A DNA stretch of 64,000 nucleotides from NCBI GenBank assembly GCA_030750765.1, contig JASMHM010000005.1:14256-78255 (forward strand). The letters run 5' to 3'. The notes under the pieces were generated by a model, which saw nothing but the letters and a program-made list of their open reading frames with translations, searched no databases and had not been told where the DNA came from. Position numbers and translations under genes: made by a program. Below are positions 45,501 through 51,800 of the stretch, in pieces. The first letter of the stretch is position 1, and every line of letters begins with the position of its first letter. This DNA comes from Candidatus Woesearchaeota archaeon (GTDB lineage: Archaea > Nanobdellota > Nanobdellia > Woesearchaeales > ARS49).

Positions 45501-47882
45501 CCGGATATTGATTTCTGTGGCAATCGCGGTGGAGCGAATAACGGCTGGGTTACGCTTGATAATGAAAAAATTGCACTTATCAAAGACGAAGGGACTATCC
45601 GCATTGACACTAACTCTGGAGACGGTAAGGATACGTGGCTTACTCGAGAGCTAGAAAACCCACTCGCTGACTTTGCTGTTTCCGCACGCATTCGCATGGA
45701 TCTTGGAGCACGATGGACTTACGATAAAAAACGAGTTGCTCTCAGAGCGTACGACGATGTAGGAAAAATGGTGGCTCTGGGACCAGGTCAGGGACCTAGA
45801 AGACACGGACGGTCAAGTAATCCAGGACCCTATCTGCTCATACGATGCACACACCAACGTTGTTACAATCAACAAGGTGCATTCACACCTGAGTACGTAG
45901 AATATGTCATCGGACGAAAGGACGGTCAAACCTTTGCCCTTGTAAACGGTGAGCCCCAAAACCCTCAGACTCCCTTGGCCAATCTAAAGAAGGTAGGTGT
46001 CTACACTGGTGGTTCGAGCCACAACCCGTACACGTCCTGGATCGAAGACCTCCAAGTGTGTGGCCTATGCGGTGACCAAGGCAAGCCATGCCCTTGCTTT
46101 GAGGGTCAGACGGACTGCGAGCCCACCATCCTTCCCACATGTGAAGTCGGAGAGACAAAATGCAACGGTCCAATCATGGAGGCGTGTGAAGAAGGTTCAT
46201 GGGTGGCAAAGGGAGTCCAAGAAGGCACATGTGGTGCTGTCTGCACTCCAGGAGAGTCGCTCTGTCAAGGAACCTTGACTGCGGTCTGTACCGACCAAGG
46301 TACTCTAGCGCCCGCGGGACTGGTTAAGGGGGAGTGTGGAGCTCTCTGCGCCCTTGGCGAGGAGTTCTGCGACGGCACAGAATACTCCGTCTGTAACGAC
46401 CAAGGAACAGCAGATGTTCGCGGCGAAGTCGAGGGCAAGTGTGGCGTACTCCAATGCCCAAGCATAGACGGAAGAGAGCCTCTGACCGCATGCGGAGAGA
46501 CCTGCTGTAGCGATACCCAAAACTGTATTGATGATACTTGCATCCCACAATGTGAAGGCCCAATCCGCAGTTTCTTCAATAGGCTGACAGGAAACACCGT
46601 TCTCCTCACCGGTCTGGTTGCGGCAGAGTTGGGTTGTCCCTTGTTGCCTGATGGAACTTCTACCTCTGCTTGCGGTACAACGTGCTGCGTGCCTGGGGAG
46701 GTATGCACCGACGGAGAATGTGAGGCTGACTGTCCAAAGGTACAAGAAAGTGTTGACTGTCCGATCTTCTTCAACGGTCTGAAGACCACCGAGTGCGGCA
46801 ACACCTGCTGTACGCCGAGGGAGACCTGTGTGGAGGGCGTATGTACGATTAATTGTCCAGGAAGTTGTGGAGGCACTACCTGTAAGGCTCCTTCCACGTG
46901 CTTGGACAACGTGTGTGTTGAAACATGCGGTAATGCCCTCTGTGGTGCTGGTGAGCTTTGCACAGACGATGTGTGCTCGCCAGGTTGCGATGGAAAATCG
47001 TGTTATCCGGGAGAGGCATGCATTGAAGAGGAGTGCGTACCTACTTGTGGCAATAAGATCTGTGAGGGAGGAGAAACCTGTGTTCTTGATTCTTGCGTCT
47101 CGGTATGTGGAGATACGGTGTGTGGTGAAGGACAAATGTGTACGGATGGCCAGTGCACGCCAGCTTGCGGTAGAAAACTCTGTCTTGGCAGAGAGATCTG
47201 CCTCGATCAAGAATGTGTGCTGCCTTGCGGTGTGGAAGTGTGTAGCCAGGATGAGGTGTGCGTTCTTGATGAATGTAAGCCAGGCGTACCTCCTGAACCG
47301 AAGACCAACATCACCACGCTATTCGTAACTAGAATGGTCAATGTCACTAAGGAGATCTTCATCACCCGATTGGTGAACGTTACCATTAGGGAACCTCTCA
47401 TTGTGGAGAAGGAGCGCATCGTGGAAAGAGAGCGAATAGTTGAGGTACCCCGAACGGTGATCAAGCGTGTGGTGCTAGAGCGACCGATCACGGTTACTAA
47501 ACAGGTTCTCAAGGAAGTCATCATAGAGAAACCCGTCACTGAAGATACGCCCATATTGATTGAGGCACCAACACCAAAAACTCCGCCAGTGATCATAGAG
47601 CCTCCAAAACCAAAGGTCGTGAAGACGCCGAGGGTCACTAAGAAACGTAGCTGGTGGTGGCTATGGTTCTTGTTGCTACTGCCCTTGTTGGCCCTGGGCT
47701 ACCTGAAGAAAAGGCATGATGATCTCATGCCTTTGGTGGACTACATCACGCAGTGCAAGCGCATTGGTTATCCTGATAGCCAAATACGCCAGTACGTCAT
47801 CTTGGGGGGATATGACCCTAAACTTGTTAACCGAGCCCTCGCCATGGCTGAAAAGGAGATGGAACGTGAAACACACAACTAG
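36513..47882 (+). CDS. giant cysteine-rich surface protein 2 (3789 aa): Ig-like domain, Pro-linker, ConA/LamG-like lectin domains (x4), FG-GAP integrin-like beta-propeller, EGF-like Cys repeats, C-terminal TM anchor and cytoplasmic tail
   Basis: No N-terminal signal peptide. The N-terminus is paralogous to the Ig-like domain of giant 1 (SFWFVAKDSRHTINPLL...TTYTKENGKVIRL...KWDAMNEIINGKKLTS...GMWLGK). Pro-rich linker ~37700-37850. LamG-like jelly rolls at ~37900-38450 and three more at ~44340-46070, each ending ...GLCG. FG-GAP repeats at ~38870-40260 (FGQAVAMHGDTLVVGAPNSDAAGLPGAAYVYRY; FGSSLSFDGDTLLVGA; GAVFLYRK). About 40-aa Cys repeats (CGVDCEPGQTRC...GKCGV) at ~41390-42260 and ~46075-46450. 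20-aa CGxxxCxxGExC repeats at ~46850-47280. NxT-rich segment ~42660-42800. TM SWWWLWFLLLLPLLALGYL at ~47645-47705. Ends in TAG. Confidence 0.7.
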   Translation: MSGKSGNEVCAIRGETCEDVFLHSGGKAVPTMEYIPPVGCESVVSSNSQWGLMNTVSGFNANVVCCDTPAPPVSPSGKTCTAAELAETKVYIAPQDRGATTLLKRRVPVKVIHNGKEFNERSSHRVPAIIDLGIPTRCGEIQGTLNYEVVIDDPFFKPYRRSFRKVSTNVYLDQSSSPTGALITGMGYLDTPVEMKVSFSDKNTGAPIAGVPVEVYEVEASFQPLPIRKARYTTNADGLVTASETRAQFRSSFWFVAKDSRHTINPLLVSPVGNKPTSKAQSLERPKDERFDTGVMTVTTYTKENGKVIRLPATVTYYLPNGESSVITANANGVAKLIYKWDAMNEIINGKKLTSTRFPRVIPGGKVRIEMPGYKTEEIGAGMWLGKNSKVTMRLEKETVSKPAPPVRPPTPPPTPPPTPPPTPVPTPTPAPQPSPGLPPPRLPEFVPGSSTCIVPAGNAVPQSECGLDENFVLDDFEGWERVTEGSGTIGHKSGKLHLKMGGGSNWKAVGLKKKLPHPMHDFAVSVSIQGDFKGGGNQRGQIVLRDACGKEFTQQIGRDMGSSTWKGEICNPRCDESETRYRGEPILYVFVRKGPVFTITENGNRIFSGKLNIGRLDSVQLAALTNGYPPAFTVDFDYINVVGTCTTEPGCDCDNFGTTPDNEPPPEPPEPPAPEPPPEMDTEECATFADGTETIACGNTCCTPQEDCVGGQCIVNCADPGDFDDPDDSIPDDCPVLPGQRVTTPCGNTCCGPNHACVDGACVNACPGPPPPPEKPQCGGGCPNRNRGWGGGEISPTTLAHSRVGISVATSQNKIAVGAVSNRTSAPFPTQVYTYERTNPLLTPTNVYPTPPEYFIQKGGPIFGPAYYKGSGQPAKAGGQNLYLRLRQDAFRQMQTLDPPGESYERFGQAVAMHGDTLVVGAPNSDAAGLPGAAYVYRYTSEGWEFSKKLEPDDSPQSALFGSSLSFDGDTLLVGAVDKLFDPLNLHCKPGFNFGNVYVYDASMELVQKLVSPQPQFGDFFGSAMDVDGELIVIGAHGQDTAEIDQGAVFLYRKVGGKWGLQKKIVNELLTKGAQFGAALDLHEGTLVIGAPRHAQAYDGEWKRDMGHLSEYNIGPASVTLVRSVEPSRGCTFPLLFGWSIATNGTQTFVGAKAANNEHGLVFIANHPESGDIQLSKELLGRDADYGPFTDPRAIKLHPKLILEPSVHFGHELSWDEVLVVGAPLSGKNDEGAALVFANELDRHWVDVIPKSDAAALTSFADINEDLLDLNLDAISLDLDLSNSITGGAVVTPRNILALTGLASITGAQVFDPMFPIFKPGTCKRELDSDLECIAECEFSCSVPPGTMCDFTMCGVECDSRPDPISCHESCVNAEVACHEREEEANIQNREVCMNDCLICCGPSLPFEDFSFVPENPSIPEGPGPTSVPSDTCHFPKSPEPLCVDDCMGDCHSWRTRVSMHNLEAIRDECFDECVAASMDFVCSDEGTQACDDIVRDAEKKILKLEQNVERFCDGEAAKCENNCCGCDASQVSCGQTCCDAGTTCVAGTCAPPVAIIPVVNKPIMQQLCNARFQGDQQFYCGEDSTSIDVARVQSAIDNGDTGLVNQLVMFQCCEPPQICKNAGSFSATCGNPPECQPGDTQCAGIEKETCNAGSWQSLGIILGECGVDCEPGQTRCSPGNEFEECDSEGKWQNQGLQQGKCGVACLLGEKTCDDRGVLHVCADTNVFQASGLVMGECGVDCEPTSTRCDGTNVLRCDSTGKEFSEGEVPGQCGVPLPEIEITPVPVAEEGEQVVVPGEVPAGAQDRPSESGCTQDECREQEFWQCRDGELVQRGFIRDQCGVECSPGQEACQGSELHKCNDQRLWENLGIRFTVCGSLCTPGQEKCEGTTFLKCNNNWQFDNLGSQPGKCNVPGPEGGDGSIMSGGTGCDCPADRPLPTPGKTPCPAFPDGTTSWPCGDMCCVEGESCIEGQCTLECPKYEQEILVCENGATGPGGKGPGDYFLKECNQCPVLPGGRLTIQCGNDCCGPNERCIRGSCKAACTYAGGGVANILNIVHYSQVTNYTQVFQNVINVTQVTEIVQVENITQFYNVTQGCQEIPVHVLEMPGRIPAQGVTVEAINYDDLAANVRNVADTGKTDELGRTKLFPCESSRFIIETQPRIFTKSFGFASTNKIKQLTLFVTRPLEGTTTETSKLTVHVSADFRDGVNRFIQPFPGVEVTLKNSNFHEGVKLTEIAEKITDENGNVTFLIGVGPGYLEIDGEKLFTTRLVQDLDEDLIITALATRDVGKNQRASTKRISIKSHGTFLESRFALNTPPKGGEGRVQVTKELKDPTVDELVITIQGPDRKVLPGAIIKIFSGDVLVTQRVMSDRLPVEITLPEGDYTVVAEAGDHKSVSKNASIKNRFGKLRGERVLIRLTESTIPSLTARIIHPLQPSPLAKFFTWLSGPPTGALTVLNCDEPNLPCGSGCCNWHTEACKAGLCVPKVVQDNLAWTDTPPPPIKPDTDECVEIYTHQGPIPMRNGGILIKAGTHGNKACQYRANLPCNCVRKGEGECNIKCDAHIESTTITGTLPNNYQERAGWRQEYVASCGYCEDKTQVSGDTPIDTCPTTESFDSALNMNLASWGKEKPKYGFHVRSEEQVIKIQRFGASEDANVVLYRTLQEPLADFRLKGSVYAVFDGKRMTASIAVVDQAGAEHVVELGNYVSYHGRTRHINGGRPGGAYAERTWQTFAIEKRGSSIKVYSYVDGIETIVKEYGSKIGALSRIELRTWQEGLGSEAWFKDFHLSGICGLPAEDVLPDIDVCGSQGSWDVNQGPQSKVQAQDGRIRIETVGGEDSSTLTHEITKPLIDFDISWKSQADFGSSIPRRGRKSMLIIEDEQGRKYSYGLNQYTHMHGRTPNNKQAMVHICNPSDCKTNFKDYDGSVVQYRLVKKGSTLTLYANGESVNTQGAQFFKLKKISFNAHTWGGSPPFTTWFDGLSVKGLCEKPPEPPDIDFCGNRGGANNGWVTLDNEKIALIKDEGTIRIDTNSGDGKDTWLTRELENPLADFAVSARIRMDLGARWTYDKKRVALRAYDDVGKMVALGPGQGPRRHGRSSNPGPYLLIRCTHQRCYNQQGAFTPEYVEYVIGRKDGQTFALVNGEPQNPQTPLANLKKVGVYTGGSSHNPYTSWIEDLQVCGLCGDQGKPCPCFEGQTDCEPTILPTCEVGETKCNGPIMEACEEGSWVAKGVQEGTCGAVCTPGESLCQGTLTAVCTDQGTLAPAGLVKGECGALCALGEEFCDGTEYSVCNDQGTADVRGEVEGKCGVLQCPSIDGREPLTACGETCCSDTQNCIDDTCIPQCEGPIRSFFNRLTGNTVLLTGLVAAELGCPLLPDGTSTSACGTTCCVPGEVCTDGECEADCPKVQESVDCPIFFNGLKTTECGNTCCTPRETCVEGVCTINCPGSCGGTTCKAPSTCLDNVCVETCGNALCGAGELCTDDVCSPGCDGKSCYPGEACIEEECVPTCGNKICEGGETCVLDSCVSVCGDTVCGEGQMCTDGQCTPACGRKLCLGREICLDQECVLPCGVEVCSQDEVCVLDECKPGVPPEPKTNITTLFVTRMVNVTKEIFITRLVNVTIREPLIVEKERIVERERIVEVPRTVIKRVVLERPITVTKQVLKEVIIEKPVTEDTPILIEAPTPKTPPVIIEPPKPKVVKTPRVTKKRSWWWLWFLLLLPLLALGYLKKRHDDLMPLVDYITQCKRIGYPDSQIRQYVILGGYDPKLVNRALAMAEKEMERETHN

Positions 47883-48300
47883 CATCCTCGTTGTAGGCTT
47901 GGTGGCTCTCTGTGCTCTGTGCTTGATATTGGGAGATGCTATCATCACGGGAGATATTAGTCTTCCAGCAGTCCACGTTACTGAAACGGTGTGTACAGAG
48001 GTAGATGGTGAGGAAGTGTGTGTTGAGGAGAAACGCATGGAGGGTATGAACCTTCCTTGGATGGAAGAACCCGCAGTGTGGTGGGGTAGTATTCTTCTCG
48101 GACTGGTTGTTTTCCTTGCATGCTTGTACGCGGTGGTGCACCTGCGAAGGACGCTGGCAGAAATGCGCCGAAGGCGAAAGCAACTAAAGGAGTATATTAG
48201 ACAGGCACGACAAGAGAACACCACAGATGAGCGGCTCACGTATTATTTGAAGAGTATGCGATACTCTGATCGCGATATCAAGAACGCTTTGAAGCATTAA
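47866..48300 (+). CDS. small two-TM membrane protein with a cytoplasmic tail resembling the giant-2 tail
   Basis: A putative GTG start overlaps the giant-2 stop. TM helices ILVVGLVALCALCLILG and ILLGLVVFLACLYAVVHL. Tail LKEYIRQARQ...YYLKSMRYSDRDIKNAL parallels the giant-2 tail LVDYITQCKR...QYVILGGYDPKLVNRAL. Confidence 0.35.
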   Translation: MKHTTSILVVGLVALCALCLILGDAIITGDISLPAVHVTETVCTEVDGEEVCVEEKRMEGMNLPWMEEPAVWWGSILLGLVVFLACLYAVVHLRRTLAEMRRRRKQLKEYIRQARQENTTDERLTYYLKSMRYSDRDIKNALKH

Positions 48301-48550
48301 TTTCGTTTGGTCTCATCAAGCAATGTATCATCTTTGACTTGCACTTCCATTCCTTGAGGAATTCCTTGACCTTCTTTTCCTGTTTTGGCCTTACGAGTAG
48401 AACGGTCTTTGCAAGTTGTACTATGCCGCATTCTTTTATGATGCCTGGTTGGCCTCCTCTTCCTTTGAGAGCATAGAAGAATCTGACTTTATCTTTGTAC
48501 ACCAAGTGTTTGGTGTCATATGTAACAATAATCATAGGGGTGAGCTTCAT
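48278..48550 (-). CDS. small conserved basic protein, paralog A (family of three; function unknown)
   Basis: MKLTPMIIVTYDTKHLVYKDKVRFFYALKGRGGQPGIIKEC...FLKEWKC. The ATG overlaps the stop of paralog B. The DNA is clearly a tandem duplicate of paralog B. Confidence 0.5.
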   Translation of the reverse strand: MKLTPMIIVTYDTKHLVYKDKVRFFYALKGRGGQPGIIKECGIVQLAKTVLLVRPKQEKKVKEFLKEWKCKSKMIHCLMRPNEINASKRS

Positions 48551-48894
48551 TTCTTGCCACCTCCAAACTTCTTTTTCAATTCGCGAAGTCTCTCAGCGTG
48601 GGGGTGTTCTTCCTTTGGCGCCGTTCGTATGGAGTCCTGGCCGCATTCTTCTGGTCGCATCAGGCAACGGAGCATTTTGGAATTGCACTCCCATTCCTTG
48701 AGGAAGGCTTGAACTCTCTTTTCATGTTCTGGTGCCACGAGCAACACGGTTTTGGCAAGCTGTGTGATGTTACATTCTTTGATTATGCCTGGCTGGCCCC
48801 CTCTACCTTTAAGCGCGTAGAAGAATCTGACTTTGTCTTTGTACTCTAAGTGCTTGGTGTCGTAGGTGAAGATGTTCATGGGGGCGCGCTTCAT
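48547..48894 (-). CDS. small conserved basic protein, paralog B, with a C-terminal tail (RLRELKKKFGGGKK) matching the giant-3 C-terminus
   Basis: MKRAPMNIFTYDTKHLEYKDKVRFFYALKGRGGQPGIIKEC...FLKEWEC plus the tail. Its ATG overlaps the giant-3 stop. The 25-bp junction sequence cttcatttcttgccacctccaaact is identical at 48545-48569 and 48889-48913. Confidence 0.5.
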   Translation of the reverse strand: MKRAPMNIFTYDTKHLEYKDKVRFFYALKGRGGQPGIIKECNITQLAKTVLLVAPEHEKRVQAFLKEWECNSKMLRCLMRPEECGQDSIRTAPKEEHPHAERLRELKKKFGGGKK

Positions 48895-51800
48895 TTCTTG
48901 CCACCTCCAAACTTTTTCTTCAAGTCACGTAAGCGCTTGGCGTGCTTGTATTCGTGCTCTTCCTGCTTTGGTTTTTCTTTTGGTTTATGCTTGATCGTTG
49001 GCTTTGGTTTCACCATTCGCTGGTAGTTCGTACCAAAGCTTCCTCGCAGTTTTTCTAGACTCTCGTTGTGGGTTCTCTGTCTCTTCTCAACGGGCGTGGG
49101 TTCTAGCGTGGTGCTTGGTGCGGGACGGACGTAGCTTGTCTTGGTCTTGTAGTTGGTGTCAAAGCTCTTCTTCAGGTTGTCCAGCATGTGGCTCTTGTGC
49201 TCATACGGCTTGCGCACGACCTTTGGTGCGGGCACAATAGGTGTTGGTTCTGGTTTTTTGTACTGTAGCCGCTCCTCAACTCTTCCACGGAATTGTTCCT
49301 TGAGCTTGTCAAAGCCATATCGTGGTTTGTGGACTGGTGCGCGAGGCTTCTTCTGGACAGGGAGGGCATGTGGTTGCGCCTTGGGTGTCTTTTCTAAGTA
49401 TCTTGCATAACTTGTACCGAATTGTTTCTTGAGTTGGTGGAGTGGTGTGGGTACTTTTTCAGTCTCTTTTGGCTTGGTCCAAGCGCTTGGGTGGCGTTTT
49501 CCAAGCATCTCTTGTAGTCGTTTCCCGCTGGTCTTAGGTTGCTGTTGTGGGGTGGGTTGAGGTCTAATGACGAACGGTTTGTACTTGACTTTTGGCATGT
49601 CCCACTTTGGTGGTGGGCTAGGTATCTGGGTTCTGGAGGGTAGTCGTATAGGTTTGAGTTTTGGTAGGCTAACTTTCAGGAAGACATCTTGCAACCTTCT
49701 CAAGGCAGGCACCATTACTGGTTTTCGTCTATGAGGCTTCCAGTCTCGTAATGGGTGCGGCACTTTGATGTGCGGTAGGCGGAGGTGTCTGAAGAATTCA
49801 ACAAGGACAGAGACAACAATGAGTGCGAGCAGAACATAGGCAGGGATGAGGGCTTGGTATAGGTAGTGGTGGAGTCCTATGGTTGCGCCTAGGAGGAGTG
49901 CGATGGCTACTTTTCCTAGGCGGAAGATGCGTGGAAGTGCTTTGCCGTACTTGTGCTTCTTGACCTCTCCCCACAAGATGAGGGCGATCATGGCGATGAG
50001 GAAGCCATAAATAACGATGGGTAGCAAGTTCTTGGCTCTTCTTTCAACGATCAAACAGTCACTTGGGCAGTTTACCTTGTCCTCTCCGTTTCCACACACA
50101 CCGTTTCCACACTTACAGTTGAGTGGGTCTGCTACGGTGTCTTCGTCGATTTCCTGGCCAACAACTGCGTATGTGTAGCCAGGTTGGCAGTTGTTAATGT
50201 TGAGCCGGATGTACTGATTGTATCCTAGTGTAACTTTTCCTTCTACTTGTTGTGCTACTAATCTTGCGATGACTTTTCTTGGTACGGAGTGGTCGATGAG
50301 TTGTCCGTGGTCTAGTTCCATCTCAAAGTAGTCTTCGCACTTGTTCTCCACAGGTTGACCTCCGACATTCTGGGCGCTGCTCACACTCACCACTCCGTCA
50401 TTGGGTTCCTTGAAGAACTCTCCAATTTGGTCACTCTCAACGGTGAAGATTGCGGTTTCGATGGTGAAGGGTCGGTTGCCTGCTAGTACGACGTATTCTT
50501 TGCCAGGCATTCTTGGTAGTTGGACTCCTTGGCTTAGGCTAGACACTACTGTGGGGCTTGCCGCGAGGAAGGGCACGATGTTTTTCTTTGCTCCGATCTT
50601 CTTTTGTACTTTCTTGTAGATGTCGATGGCGGGGCTTCCATCGTTTGGTGTTCCTACGAGGATGAGTTTTCTGATTTTTTCTTCAAACTCTTTGTTGGTC
50701 ATGTCCTTGAGTACTTGCTGAGTGATGAGTCCTCCCATACTGTGAGCGACGATGTCTACAGTGTCGAACTCTCGTAATGTACCTTCGATGAGTAGTCTTG
50801 TTTGTCTGGATATTTCTTTGAATTCTAGAGTGCTTGGGTACGCGATACTGTACACTTGTTGTGGTTGTTTGGTTAGTCTGAATTCTTCTATCATGGGTAG
50901 CCAGGTTGCTGGGCTGCTCATGAATCCGTGGATGAGGATGAGTGCTTGTCTGCTGCCGCCATCATATTCCTTACTCATCGTTACGTCGTCACAGCTGTCG
51001 CACCTGATTCCGTAGAATCCTAGTACGCTTGTGGTGTTTGTTTCAAAGCTTCCTTTGACTGTGGTGCCGTCGTAGTTGGTGACGATGGACTGCATGTCTC
51101 CGTTTTGTTTTCGGAATGCGGGGAATTCGCCTTCGAGGACGTTGTTGGTGCGCGGGTTCTTGACGCTTATGGTTACGGTTTGTGGTTTGCCACTGTTTTG
51201 GATGATTTCGATGGGGTCTACGAGTAGTGCGATGTGTTTGTCTACTTGTGGTAGGCTGAGTGCGTGTGGTTTCATGTTGAATTGGAAGGGTGTGGTGACG
51301 TCTTTGAATTCGATGGTGTATCCTTCTACCTGGACGCGTGGATTTTCAGGGGTGATGGTGGCTTGTTTTGTGAGCACTCTCTTTCTATCAATTTCTAATC
51401 CTTCTTTGGAGTACTCGCTCAACACGAGTTCGGAGTAGCTCACGCCACCGCATTCGAACTCTGTTGGTTTTTCTACGCCGACGAATTCGCAGCCTTCGTT
51501 GTTGCACTTTAGCGTTGTTATGTTTTCGTAGTTCTCAGAGACGCTTAGCGTTAGTACGACGTTGTCTCCGGCGCAGTCCATGGCGAATGGGTCTGCTAGC
51601 ACGCTGAAGCCTGTAGGTACTGGAGGGGTGCTGGCTTTCTTGATTTTTACTTGGCTTCCTGCTTCTCCTTGTGCGCATGCTACTTCTTCTGCTTCGATGT
51701 CTTCTTGGCTGATGAAGAGTTTTCCGATGTTGCTTCGTCTTTGGGAGGTTGCGGTGCTCACGCCTGCTGCTTTTGCTGCCGGTGCTGCTGCTGGCGCGGG

